Shown: piece after piece, positions 38,841 through 48,547 of the stretch | Layout of the letters: the number at the start of each line of letters is the position of its first letter | Numbering within the stretch: the first letter of the stretch is position 1 | Assembly (NCBI GenBank): GCA_963827165.1 | Contig: CAWGZR010000003.1 | Span: 64,001-128,000 of the forward strand | Source of the DNA: Candidatus Bathyarchaeota archaeon | Lineage (GTDB): Archaea; Thermoproteota; Bathyarchaeia; Bathyarchaeales; Bathycorpusculaceae | Direction of reading: 5' to 3' | Length of the DNA stretch: 64,000 nt | Program-made: the position numbers and the translations under genes | Notes under the pieces: generated by a model | The model's input: the letters and a program-made list of their open reading frames with translations, nothing else | Databases searched by the model: none | Told to the model about the DNA's origin: nothing

Positions 38841-39680
38841 ATGAAAAGCAAATTTGGAATAATATTGCTAGCGATTCTCGCAGTAAGTTCACTGAGTCTC
38901 TGCGCAGGTGCATTCGCAAATCCATTTATGAGCTACACTACAGTTCCAACAGGTCCAACCACAGGCGCAACTGCCGTTGGCCTTCAGCGGAACTCCGTAC
39001 GCCTGTACGGTTCCTTGACGGAATGGCAAACTACCCCCACTGCAACCCCAATATTAGGTGCAATCGAAGTATTGGCCCGAACACAGGTCGGACCTAAAAA
39101 CACAATACAAGGATACGCAGCAGGAGCCATCTGGACTACAAACACGACACGGCCAATCGCAGCAGTCAGAACCCGCGAAAACTTCACCTACACCTTCGAC
39201 ACAGCAAGGCTAGTTGATGGTAACTTTTCAGCATTAGACTTTAACGGTAACGCTTTCTTCCTCAATGGTACATGGAACGTTTGGAGCATCACCGAAACCT
39301 TCACTATTAGAACTGACGACACCACTGGGCGCATAATCTCGATCAACAGTAATCAAAACGCAGTGCCGCTTGCGACAGATGCCTATGGGAACGTTACTGT
39401 GCCATCCGGATGGAGCACTCTCACTCTTGCAATTACCGGTATACCGTCGCTAACTGGGAAGGTTATAGCTGAATATACAACCTCTGCAGTCTTTAACCCG
39501 TTCATGCTCGGCATGGATAGCAGTTCAACTACCGTAACTAAAGCTGACCTCAAAAGCATCATAAACGCCTACGGATCAATGCCCGGCTGGGGCAACTACA
39601 ACATCAACATGGACTACAGCATGCACTATAGAATCGACATCTGCGACCTTTCAACAGCAGCAGCAAATCTCAACGCCTAA
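38841..39680 (+). CDS. Secreted protein with C-terminal dockerin-like domain
   Basis: Signal peptide; C-terminus VTKADL..IINAYGSMPGWGNYN.NMDY..HYRIDICDL..AAAN resembles archaeal dockerin repeats. Confidence 0.7.
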   Translation: MKSKFGIILLAILAVSSLSLCAGAFANPFMSYTTVPTGPTTGATAVGLQRNSVRLYGSLTEWQTTPTATPILGAIEVLARTQVGPKNTIQGYAAGAIWTTNTTRPIAAVRTRENFTYTFDTARLVDGNFSALDFNGNAFFLNGTWNVWSITETFTIRTDDTTGRIISINSNQNAVPLATDAYGNVTVPSGWSTLTLAITGIPSLTGKVIAEYTTSAVFNPFMLGMDSSSTTVTKADLKSIINAYGSMPGWGNYNINMDYSMHYRIDICDLSTAAANLNA

Positions 39681-39861
39681 ACAAAACTTCCTTTCTTTTC
39701 TTTATTTTAAAACCCGTTTTTGAAAAACATTCTCCCATGGAGTAGCATTCAGATTGCAGCCTTCTGTAAACGACTTAAAAAGCAAATAATATTGCTTCTG
39801 AGATTTTAAGCAGTTAAATTAAAATTCGCTTGCCATATATTTCAATGGGAACGGCTATAAT

Positions 39862-40044
39862 ATGACGGACGCAGAAAAAACCATCGATAAAAGTGATGAG
39901 CGCAAACCCGTCCAATTGCCGTGCCGGTGCGTTTACAAGGATGGCGGCTGGATGTTGATGCGTGTTAAAGAGTGTGAGTACCATAAACGCAGGAGAACAA
40001 CCAAGCGTCCATATCGGCTTAAAGCTGAATGTGTGAGACCATAA
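39862..40044 (+). CDS. Small Cys/His-rich basic protein
   Basis: LPCRC....GGW......ECEYH; 60 aa. Confidence 0.45.
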   Translation: MTDAEKTIDKSDERKPVQLPCRCVYKDGGWMLMRVKECEYHKRRRTTKRPYRLKAECVRP

Positions 40045-40116
40045 GTGAAATCTGAAGCCCCGCATCAATATTGAAATTCTGGTTTTTTTCCACAAGACAT
40101 TTAACAGTCAAAAAAG

Positions 40117-41301
40117 ATGTTGAAAGACACATTGACAAACTACGAATCAGTCGTCAGGAAGAAATCGCCGCGTTCTGGTCAAATTCTTAAGATTTCGCTG
40201 CAAGCAATCTTTATGATTGCCATTTTGGTAGCCTTGCTGTGGTATGTAGGCACAACTGTCCCGTCCACCTATCATCCTGGAGAAACGACGATTCTCAAAG
40301 GCGTAGATTACATTTACAATACCATACTCACTATCAAACTTGAGTACTTGGCTCTTGCTTTCTTAATGTACTTTGGAATAAACTTCCTCTTCACAGTCAG
40401 GCTAAGACGTGTCCTCTCCAAAAACGGTGTACACACTTCGTTTGGCAAAACGCTGCTCGCTCAGTATGCCGGGATGCTAACCAGCGATGTTACGCCGGGA
40501 CGTTCAGGCTACATTCTTACACCAGTCTACTTAAGAGATCAGGATGTGCCAACATCAAAAAGCCTCTCAAGCGTTTTAGGTATCCAAACATTTGAGTTTC
40601 TAATTAAGGTCGCCGGCGGAATTGGCGCGGTTGTTTTATTGGTGACCACTGTTCCAGCAAAAACATGGGCTGCCATATTTCCAACTCAGATTGCAGGCGT
40701 CAACATTGGATTGATTCTGGCCGTCCTTGGAATAAGTTTGATGATGGTTGGGGCAATTATCCTTGCCGCTTTCACTTGGTCAAAGCGCGCCATCTCACTA
40801 TTTGATCGAATCGCCAACTGGAGATTCCTCAAAAGATTCACAGGCGGCTTAATGGGAAAGCTAGAGGAATACAAAGAAAGCTCAAGCTGTACAAGTAGAG
40901 CAATCCCGGAAATACTTGGTTTAACCGTTTCGTGCTGGGTCATAAAAGGTTTTGAATGGTGGTTTTTAGGCTACGCATTAGGAATCTCACAGTTGTCGTG
41001 GTCGTGGTGGCTAGCCTTCTTCTTGATACATCCATTGGTAACTGCACTCGCTTTCATACCCATTACTCCAGCGGGAATAGGTGTACAGGAATTCGGAATA
41101 GTCGGAATCCTTGGGCTCCTCGGAGTTGCTGCTCCCATAGCAGGCGTATTTGCTCTGATGGCTAGAGGTCTATTAATCTTTGAAGACTTGGCAGGTGTAC
41201 CCCAAATCGTGCGGTCGACAAGCCTAATCTTCTCCCACAAAAAGCCTGATGAACAGCCACTTCCAAGCCCCGGGACACCGCCTCCGATCACACCCGTTTA
41301 G
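40117..41301 (+). CDS. Lysylphosphatidylglycerol-synthase-TM / flippase-like (UPF0104) membrane protein
   Basis: G.L.SDVTPGRSG, P.TPAGIGVQE.G, multi-TM. Confidence 0.85.
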   Translation: MLKDTLTNYESVVRKKSPRSGQILKISLQAIFMIAILVALLWYVGTTVPSTYHPGETTILKGVDYIYNTILTIKLEYLALAFLMYFGINFLFTVRLRRVLSKNGVHTSFGKTLLAQYAGMLTSDVTPGRSGYILTPVYLRDQDVPTSKSLSSVLGIQTFEFLIKVAGGIGAVVLLVTTVPAKTWAAIFPTQIAGVNIGLILAVLGISLMMVGAIILAAFTWSKRAISLFDRIANWRFLKRFTGGLMGKLEEYKESSSCTSRAIPEILGLTVSCWVIKGFEWWFLGYALGISQLSWSWWLAFFLIHPLVTALAFIPITPAGIGVQEFGIVGILGLLGVAAPIAGVFALMARGLLIFEDLAGVPQIVRSTSLIFSHKKPDEQPLPSPGTPPPITPV

Positions 41302-41323
41302 CGGAAACGCTTTACCTTAAATT

Positions 41324-41851
41324 GTGTACGTTGCTTATTTCAATGTGAAAGGAGCCCACTTTTTGTCCGACCAGCCTTTGATTAGGAAAATGTTGCAGAA
41401 CGATGCGGACAAGCTAAAGGAAATTGTAAGTTTATCTTTTTCAAGGTTTATGGGGTTCTTTGCCGTCCATAGCTTGTTTTCGGAAGATGGGCAGGTGCTT
41501 GTGTGCGAGACGCAAGGGGCATTGGTTGGGTTCGCTAAATTAATCGATTTCAAAGTAGGCGGCAGCAAATTCGGCTGCATACTTTGGATTGCGGTTCACC
41601 CTGATTTTCGCCGAAAAGGCGTCGCGAGCGCGCTCACGAACGCTGGGCTGCAGTGTCTTAAAGGCGATGGAGCAAAAGCGGTTTTTGCTTCAACCCAAAG
41701 ACGAAACATTCGCGCCCAACGCGTCCTGCAACAAGCGGGTTTCAACAAGATGGGTTTTGTTGATCTTTGGCGTATTTTCAAGGGGCGCGTATTCGCGTTT
41801 TACGGCGATATTTGGCTTGCCCCAGGGGAAATCGTGTTGATGCACAATTAA
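41324..41851 (+). CDS. GNAT acetyltransferase
   Basis: IAVHPDFRRKGVASAL, N..A..V....GF. Confidence 0.88.
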   Translation: MYVAYFNVKGAHFLSDQPLIRKMLQNDADKLKEIVSLSFSRFMGFFAVHSLFSEDGQVLVCETQGALVGFAKLIDFKVGGSKFGCILWIAVHPDFRRKGVASALTNAGLQCLKGDGAKAVFASTQRRNIRAQRVLQQAGFNKMGFVDLWRIFKGRVFAFYGDIWLAPGEIVLMHN

Positions 41852-41982
41852 CCTTGACCCGTTCGCCGTCTGCATATGTCCATCAATAAGCTTTGCCGTT
41901 GAAAAGCCAATTTGCGTAAGTTTCGGGTCGACGAAACTTTATATCTAATCATCTTTTTACGGTTTTATCAGATGTGAAATTT

Positions 41983-42996
41983 ATGGCGGTTATGAAAGCT
42001 ATTCAAGTTAGTGCTCCAGGCGGAGATTTCAAGTTAGTTGAAAAAGAGGTTCCTGAGCCGAAAGATCATGAAGTCCTGCTTAAAGTACATGCCTGCGGCG
42101 TTTGTCACGGCGACGCAATCGTAAAACAAGGCTACTTCCCAGGCTTGTCGTATCCAAGGACTCCAGGTCACGAGGTAGTTGGCACAATTGTCAAATTAGG
42201 CTCTGAGTCGCATTATTGGAAGGTTGGCCAAAGAGTCGGCGTGGGCTGGCGGGGTGGTCACTGCATGCATTGTAGATCGTGCCTTAAGGGTGATTTTTGG
42301 GCTTGTGAGAGTCCTTTGGCAACCGGCATTTCCAGCGACGGCGGATATGCTGAGTATATGGTTGCCCGAATGGAAGTACTCACCCAAATCCCAACTGAAC
42401 TTAGCTCAGTGGAAGCGGCGCCTCTTCTCTGTGCAGGCGCAACAACGTTTGGCGCCATGAAAAGTAGCATTGCCAAAGGCGGAGACCTGATTGCGATCCA
42501 CGGTTTAGGCGGTTTGGGGCATTTGGGGATACAGTTCGCAGCGAGGCTTGGCTTTCGAGTTGCAGTAATTTCGCGCGGCGGAGAAAAAGAGGCTTTGGCG
42601 CGTAAGCTTGGAGCCCAAATTTACATAGACTCCGAAAAACAAAATGCGGCGGAAGAATTGATGAAGATGGGCGGGGCAAAAGTCATTTTCTGTACCGCTC
42701 CCAACAGCAAAGCCATTTCGGAACTCGTCAGCGGATTGGCAAGAGGCGGCCAACTGATAATTATTACTTTCGCAAATGAGCCACTGCAGATTTCGCCCAT
42801 CGAACTAATGCGTGCCGTGCGTTCTGTGAGCGGATGGGTTGGAGGAAACGCTTCTGACACACTGAACTTCAGTGTTTTAACGCACGTCGTTCCGATGGTT
42901 GAGGTTTTTCCGCTTGATCAAGCTGCAACTGCCTTTGATAGGATGATGACGGCCAAGGTTCATTTCAGGGCTGTCCTTAAGATAAGTGAGGGTTAA
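41983..42996 (+). CDS. Zn-dependent alcohol dehydrogenase
   Basis: CGVCHGD, PGHEVVG, C..C..C...C, LLCAG.T, GLGGLG. Confidence 0.93.
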   Translation: MAVMKAIQVSAPGGDFKLVEKEVPEPKDHEVLLKVHACGVCHGDAIVKQGYFPGLSYPRTPGHEVVGTIVKLGSESHYWKVGQRVGVGWRGGHCMHCRSCLKGDFWACESPLATGISSDGGYAEYMVARMEVLTQIPTELSSVEAAPLLCAGATTFGAMKSSIAKGGDLIAIHGLGGLGHLGIQFAARLGFRVAVISRGGEKEALARKLGAQIYIDSEKQNAAEELMKMGGAKVIFCTAPNSKAISELVSGLARGGQLIIITFANEPLQISPIELMRAVRSVSGWVGGNASDTLNFSVLTHVVPMVEVFPLDQAATAFDRMMTAKVHFRAVLKISEG

Positions 42997-42998
42997 GC

Positions 42999-43712
42999 AT
43001 GAGTGAATCATTAAGAATTATTCAAGAAAGACATTCCGCACGTGTCCCTTTTGACAAATCTCATCCCGTGTCGAACGAAGACTTGTTGAAAATTCTTGAT
43101 GCTGCGAAGTGGACACCTACCGCACATAACATGCAGAACTTCGAAATAATAGTGGTCAATGACGAAGCGGTATTGGAGCAGATAGGTGGCATCAAATCAC
43201 GGATTTCTGAAGAGTTTTTGCGTGAAAACTATGAGCAGTTATCCTTCTCAAAAGAGGAACTGCTGAAGAAAAAAACGGGGATTTTAGGTGCGATGTTTCC
43301 TCCTGAATGGGTTGATCCAGCGAAAATATCTGACGCGGTAAAGAACGCGTCGCCGATGCCAATTTCGCAGTCCATTCGGGGGAGCCCAACGCTTCTGATA
43401 GTTGTCTATGACTCGCGGAAGAGAGCGCCTGCATCGCAGGGCGACGTTTTGGGCTTCATCAGCCTGGGCTGCCTGATGGAGAATATTTGGTTAATTGCAG
43501 AGTCTCTGGGAATCGGGATGCAGATTCTAAGCGCCTTCTCGGCTCCACCTGTTGAAACAGAAATAAAGAAGCTTCTTGGCGTACCTGACTACATGAAAAT
43601 CGCTTACACATGCCGCCTGGGCCACCCCACGGGCGCAAGCAAATATTTCCGAGTTCGCCGAGACATAGAAGACTTCACCCATCACAACAAATACGGAAAC
43701 AAAGGACTCTAA
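42999..43712 (+). CDS. Nitroreductase family protein
   Basis: I.ERHSAR..F, ILDAA.W.PTAHN.QNF, MENIWL.A.SLG.G. Confidence 0.9.
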   Translation: MSESLRIIQERHSARVPFDKSHPVSNEDLLKILDAAKWTPTAHNMQNFEIIVVNDEAVLEQIGGIKSRISEEFLRENYEQLSFSKEELLKKKTGILGAMFPPEWVDPAKISDAVKNASPMPISQSIRGSPTLLIVVYDSRKRAPASQGDVLGFISLGCLMENIWLIAESLGIGMQILSAFSAPPVETEIKKLLGVPDYMKIAYTCRLGHPTGASKYFRVRRDIEDFTHHNKYGNKGL

Positions 43713-43736
43713 CCAAATTTCCCCCCCATTTTTCGA

Positions 43737-43916
43737 TTACGAGTCGCCAAGATTCTTTTTGTGGTGCTTAGATTTGATTTTGGGCTTCTGTTGTTCATTA
43801 TTTTTGGATATTAGCGCTTGTGGATCTTTGGCTTTCCTCTCCAAGTAAGCTGCGTATTGCTCTGGCGTAAAGTCCTTCCTAAACTTGTGTTCTTTACCCA
43901 AATTTTTTACATCCAT
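43737..43916 (-). CDS. Small basic hypothetical protein (59 aa)
   Basis: Manual translation MDVKNLGKEHKFRKDFTPEQYAAYLERKAKD...KHHKKNLGDS. Confidence 0.5.
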   Translation of the reverse strand: MDVKNLGKEHKFRKDFTPEQYAAYLERKAKDPQALISKNNEQQKPKIKSKHHKKNLGDS

Positions 43917-43955
43917 TTTTTATTGCCGGAATTTTCAAGAAGGTAGAGGGGCATC

Positions 43956-44183
43956 CTAAAGAGGGTTAAGTTTTTGCTTATTTAATAGCTTTCGTTCATA
44001 GCGTTTTATTAATATAGGTAGCAGAAAAGCGAAAACAATAGTCACAATAGCTAGACTAACCAAAGTTACGTTTGAGCCAATAAAGTTAAACCCTGACATG
44101 ATTAAAATAATCAACAACAAAATTCCTCCAATTATCATCACTATTTTTCTTAGTTTTGAAGGAAAAATTTTCCCGTTATTCAT
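43956..44183 (-). CDS. Small two-TM membrane protein
   Basis: 75 aa, AT-rich. Confidence 0.5.
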   Translation of the reverse strand: MNNGKIFPSKLRKIVMIIGGILLLIILIMSGFNFIGSNVTLVSLAIVTIVFAFLLPILIKRYERKLLNKQKLNPL

Positions 44184-44636
44184 GAAAGCGTATTGTTTTT
44201 ACCCTGCTCAAAAGATTTTAGAACCGCTTGAATAGCTATTTGAAAAAGTGAATTATTTGAAAGGGCATCGAAATGCATGCAACACCTTGTTTTTTTGAGA
44301 AATTTGCTAATTATGTCATCCATAAGGCGCTGTTTGGGTTGAAAGGCTTCTAGAAAATCGGTTTTTTAGCTGATTTTTTTACAATTTGGTTATGGAATTT
44401 GCGCGGATTTCATTTGTTAATATTTAAATGTAAGTGGAGCACTTTATAGAGAACTATCTCGGGGTAGTAGGGAGAACAATAGCTGTGCGTGGGAGACTGC
44501 TCTGCAAAGTCGTTGGCTATTCTTTGGGCATTAGTCACCACCTCCAATCTAGTTTTGCTTACAATCACTTTAGACTTAGCGCTGTCCCTGAGGCAACTCT
44601 AATATTCACTCAAAAGAGCATATGGAGAAATGTTGT

Positions 44637-44966
44637 ATGATTGTGGAAGCCGCAATCGCCTTCGTACTCATATTCATCTGCACTTATGCAATTTACGCCC
44701 TAGGCAAACGATCAGCGCCTAAAACCACCATAAGCGAAAACGAGCAAGCATCATACGCCTGCGGAGAAAGAGTAACTTTCCACGGCCTAAAAATCAATGT
44801 TTCGCTCTACAAATACCTTATTTACTTTGTTATTTTTGATTCAGCCGTATTAGTCCTTGCTTTTGCTTCTTTCGCTTTAGCAAACACCAATCCTCTTCTG
44901 TTATTTTTGTACCTCGGCATGATTCTTGCATCAGCTTTGGTTCTACTCGAAGGAGGCAAAGAATAA
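44637..44966 (+). CDS. nuoA: NuoA-like membrane subunit
   Basis: YACGE loop, LYKYLIYFVIFD, three TM. Confidence 0.8.
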   Translation: MIVEAAIAFVLIFICTYAIYALGKRSAPKTTISENEQASYACGERVTFHGLKINVSLYKYLIYFVIFDSAVLVLAFASFALANTNPLLLFLYLGMILASALVLLEGGKE

Positions 44967-45521
44967 ATGTCTAACACAGTAACTTGGGCACGCGTCAAAT
45001 CCCCCTGGGTTCTGCATTTTAACTCTGGCGCCTGCAACGGATGCGACATAGAAATCGTTGCCCTTCTAACGCCCAAATACGACGTTGAACGTTTCGGAAT
45101 AAAACTTGAGCCGTCACCGAGGCACGCTGATGTTCTTCTAGTCACGGGCTGCGTAACTCAACAATGTGCAGAACGGCTAAAACGGGTCTATGATCAGATG
45201 CCGCAGCCGAAATTCGTTGTCGCTATCGGAGCATGTGCATGCAGCGGCGGAGTCTTCGAAGGAAACTGCAACGTAGTCGGTGGCGTCGACAAAGTAATTC
45301 CAGTCACAGCTTACATACCAGGATGCCCACCACGTCCAGAAGCAATCATAGACGGCGCTGTAAAACTCTTAAACGCATTGAATGCGCCGAGAGTGAAAAA
45401 ACCAAAGAAGCCTGAACCCCCAAAGGAAAAGGCAAAACCAGCTGCTGAACCACAAGTTGTTGTGGCTCAGCCTGAAGCTAAACAAGTTATAACGGAGGCA
45501 AAATCTGATGCCAAACAGTGA
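44967..45521 (+). CDS. Group 4 [NiFe]-hydrogenase small subunit (NuoB homolog)
   Basis: GACNGCDIE (CxxC, hydrogenase type), SPRHADVL, G.CA..GG.F, YIPGCPPRPE. Confidence 0.92.
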   Translation: MSNTVTWARVKSPWVLHFNSGACNGCDIEIVALLTPKYDVERFGIKLEPSPRHADVLLVTGCVTQQCAERLKRVYDQMPQPKFVVAIGACACSGGVFEGNCNVVGGVDKVIPVTAYIPGCPPRPEAIIDGAVKLLNALNAPRVKKPKKPEPPKEKAKPAAEPQVVVAQPEAKQVITEAKSDAKQ

Positions 45522-47079
45522 TGTAGATATAGTTAAGGTAATTGAATCGAAATTTGGGACAAGAGTGCAAATTCAACCGGGACTGCTCGGAACAGCAACA
45601 ATATCCACTAGCGGCAGCTTACACAGAGACGTTCTAAAAGCCATGGTTGAAGCTGATGAAAAAACAGGCATAACCGCGATAACCGGATTAGATCTTGGAG
45701 CAAACCTTGGCTTGATTTATCACATTCACACCGAGAAAGGGTTCTTCGCTATAAAAGCCGAGTTGCCTAAGGAAAACCCGAAAATCCAAACTATAAACGA
45801 CATCATCCCAGGTGCAACCTTTCATGAGCTGGAAGTGACTGATCTTTTCGGCGTGATCTTCGAAGGCAACCCGCTTCAAGGTCACTTTTTGCTATCCGAA
45901 AACTGGCCAGAAGGGATTTTCCCATTAAGAAAAGACGTTAATCCTGCGAAAGTGAAACTTAACCCAGCGCCGCCCGAAGAAAAGATAGCTGAAGACAAAA
46001 AAGTGGTGAAGTTCATCATTGGTCCACAGCACCCTGCGCTTTTGGAGCCTGAAAAATTTGCAGTGACTGTTGATGGGGAAGTTGTTACGAAGGTTGAACC
46101 CCGACTCGGCTACGTACACAGGGGCATTGAGAAATCAGCTGAGACACGAACCTACGTTCAAGACATATATCTAGTGGAAAGAGTCTGCGGCATATGTAAC
46201 CCTTGCCATGCATACGGCTTCGTCGGCGCAGTCGAAAAGATTCTGAAAACAGACGTTCCGCCCAGAGCCAAATACTTACGAGTAATAGCACTTGAGCTTA
46301 ACAGGTTGCACAGCCACCTGCTCACTCTTGGTCACGCTGGCTTGGAAATTGGCTACGAAACTTTGTTCCAATACTTCTGGAGAGACAGAGAACCAATAAT
46401 GGATTTAATCGAGCTAACCAGCGGCAACCGCGTTTATGGTTCACTTATGGCCATAGGGGGCGTAAGACGAGACCTCAAGGACACAGATATCCCCAAGATC
46501 AAAACTGTCATGGTGGATTTGCGAAAGAAATTGCCGTTCTACAAGAAAGTTTACACAGAGGAGCCTTCAATACGTGCGCGCATGCAAAATGAAGGGGTAC
46601 TCTCAAGGGAAGACGCGATTAAGCTAAGCGTCGTGGGACCAGTAGCTCGAGGATCAGGATACGACATAGACGTCCGAAAAGATGACCCATATGAAGCATA
46701 CGGTGAAATCCCATTCAAAGAAATAGTTTACACTGCCGGCGACACTTGGTCAAGACAGAACGTACGCATGGATGAACTTGAACAAAGCATCGATATAATC
46801 GAGTATGCGCTTGATCACCTCCCGAAAGGGCCAATCCGCGTTGAAGTTTCAAGATACGTACCCGTCGGTGAAGCCATCAACCGCGTGGAAGCCCCAAGAG
46901 GCGAATTATTCTACTACGTAAAAGGCAACGGCTCAGCTTCGCCTGACCGAGTAAAAATACGCACTCCAACATACGCTAACATACCTGCATTCCTTAAGAC
47001 AGCGATAGGTGAGAACATAGCCGACGTACCGCCGAACTTTGTCAGCTTAGACCCATGCTTCTCATGCACAGACAGGTGA
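45508..47079 (+). CDS. Group 4 [NiFe]-hydrogenase large subunit, NuoC-NuoD fusion
   Basis: NuoC part E.EV.DLFG..F.G..W...FPLRKD; GPQHP, GYVHRGIEK, ERVCGIC, EAPRGE, DPCFSCTDR-stop. Confidence 0.93.
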   Translation: MPNSDVDIVKVIESKFGTRVQIQPGLLGTATISTSGSLHRDVLKAMVEADEKTGITAITGLDLGANLGLIYHIHTEKGFFAIKAELPKENPKIQTINDIIPGATFHELEVTDLFGVIFEGNPLQGHFLLSENWPEGIFPLRKDVNPAKVKLNPAPPEEKIAEDKKVVKFIIGPQHPALLEPEKFAVTVDGEVVTKVEPRLGYVHRGIEKSAETRTYVQDIYLVERVCGICNPCHAYGFVGAVEKILKTDVPPRAKYLRVIALELNRLHSHLLTLGHAGLEIGYETLFQYFWRDREPIMDLIELTSGNRVYGSLMAIGGVRRDLKDTDIPKIKTVMVDLRKKLPFYKKVYTEEPSIRARMQNEGVLSREDAIKLSVVGPVARGSGYDIDVRKDDPYEAYGEIPFKEIVYTAGDTWSRQNVRMDELEQSIDIIEYALDHLPKGPIRVEVSRYVPVGEAINRVEAPRGELFYYVKGNGSASPDRVKIRTPTYANIPAFLKTAIGENIADVPPNFVSLDPCFSCTDR

Positions 47080-47084
47080 CATAA

Positions 47085-48083
47085 ATGGCAGTTGACTTCT
47101 GGCTAATCGCACGCATACTAGTGTTCCCAGGCTTTACATTCATCCTGCTTCTAACTTTGTTCTGCGACTGGGTCGAGAGAAAACTCGAAGCCCGCTTACA
47201 AAACCGTGTAGGCCCAATGGTTGCAGGACCAGGCGGGCTTTTCCAGCCAGTAGCCGACTTCATAAAACTGCTAACTAAAGAAGAAATTGAACCGAGAAAC
47301 GCAAAGAAAATCGTCTTCAAGTTTGCTCCTCTTGCGGCCTTCGCAATGATGGTTTTTGCGATGTGTTTCTTGCCTGTTGACGGTGCAAGTGTCATTTCGA
47401 CAGGCGGCTTTCCCGGCGACTTGATTGTAATCTTAACGTTCTCGACAATAGCAAGTTTTCTACTGTTTCTCTCGGGGTGGGCGTCCTCAAACCCCTACGG
47501 AACAATCAGTTCAGCAAGAGTCCTCACCCAATTCTTAGGCTACGACATACCCCTCTTCATAATCGCGTTAACCCCAGCTTTCATCGCGGGAAGCCTGAGC
47601 ATATTCGCTATTGCCAGCTACCAAGCAGTAACAGCCCTTCCCTTTATCATAATGGCGCCGTGGGCTTTCGTGCTTTTCCTAATCACCATTCAAGCTGAAC
47701 TTGAAAAGGACCCCTTCGACGTTCCAGACGCAGAAAGCGAATTGGTCGGCGGAATCGAAACTGAATATACAGGAGCAAAACTTGCTTTCCTTCATTTGAC
47801 CCGTGATGTGCAAATAGTCTTTGGCTCAGCCCTGATCGTTGAATTATTCCTCGGAGGATTTTACGGACCCGTAATTGGGGGAGTGCCGGCGTTCTGGTAC
47901 TCTCTGTGGTTTGTGCTCAAACTCTTAGCCGTCGTGATAATAACCGAATACATAACAACTCTATTTGCAAGGCTGCGCATCGACCAAGTGCTATCCGCTA
48001 ACTGGAAAATAATCTTGCCCCTAGCTGTGGGCTCATTAATGTTGACCATTGCAATGATAACTTGGGTTTACCCGCTGGTGTGA
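47085..48083 (+). CDS. nuoH: NuoH-like membrane subunit
   Basis: ERKL.AR.QNRVGP, QP.ADFIKLL.KE, PFD.P.AESELVGG..TEY.G, R.RIDQ. Confidence 0.92.
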   Translation: MAVDFWLIARILVFPGFTFILLLTLFCDWVERKLEARLQNRVGPMVAGPGGLFQPVADFIKLLTKEEIEPRNAKKIVFKFAPLAAFAMMVFAMCFLPVDGASVISTGGFPGDLIVILTFSTIASFLLFLSGWASSNPYGTISSARVLTQFLGYDIPLFIIALTPAFIAGSLSIFAIASYQAVTALPFIIMAPWAFVLFLITIQAELEKDPFDVPDAESELVGGIETEYTGAKLAFLHLTRDVQIVFGSALIVELFLGGFYGPVIGGVPAFWYSLWFVLKLLAVVIITEYITTLFARLRIDQVLSANWKIILPLAVGSLMLTIAMITWVYPLV

Positions 48084-48085
48084 AC

Positions 48086-48547
48086 ATGACTGAAAAAAAG
48101 ACTGAAAAGAAAAAGAGAGCCGGCATACTATCTCCGATGTGGAAAAGAACCGCATCACACATTTTCACAAAACCCGCAACAACCAAATACCCCTTCGTCA
48201 AACCAAAGCTCCCAGATGATTACAGAGGTAAACCAGAGTACACTATCAGAACATGCAACATGATCGACCTAAGCGGGACCCAACGCCAATTCGAATTCGA
48301 CGTCCAGAAACTTGTGAAAACGAATTGCGCGGTTTGCGCCAGAGATTGCCCGGCATTCGCAATCGAAATCGTTGAAGTCGACGGCAAGAAACGTCCCCAA
48401 TTCGACCTGAACAAATGCATCTTCTGCAATCAATGCGTTGAAAGCTGCCCAAGAAACGCCATTAAAGGTTCGGCAGAATACGAACTTGCAACAACCGACA
48501 AAAAGTCATTGATCATAAAGCCCAATCCTTCGGAGGCCACAAAATAA
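48086..48547 (+). CDS. nuoI: NuoI-like 2x[4Fe-4S] subunit
   Basis: T.KYPF......YRG; C-x23-CAVCARDCP and CIFCNQCVESCP. Confidence 0.88.
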   Translation: MTEKKTEKKKRAGILSPMWKRTASHIFTKPATTKYPFVKPKLPDDYRGKPEYTIRTCNMIDLSGTQRQFEFDVQKLVKTNCAVCARDCPAFAIEIVEVDGKKRPQFDLNKCIFCNQCVESCPRNAIKGSAEYELATTDKKSLIIKPNPSEATK

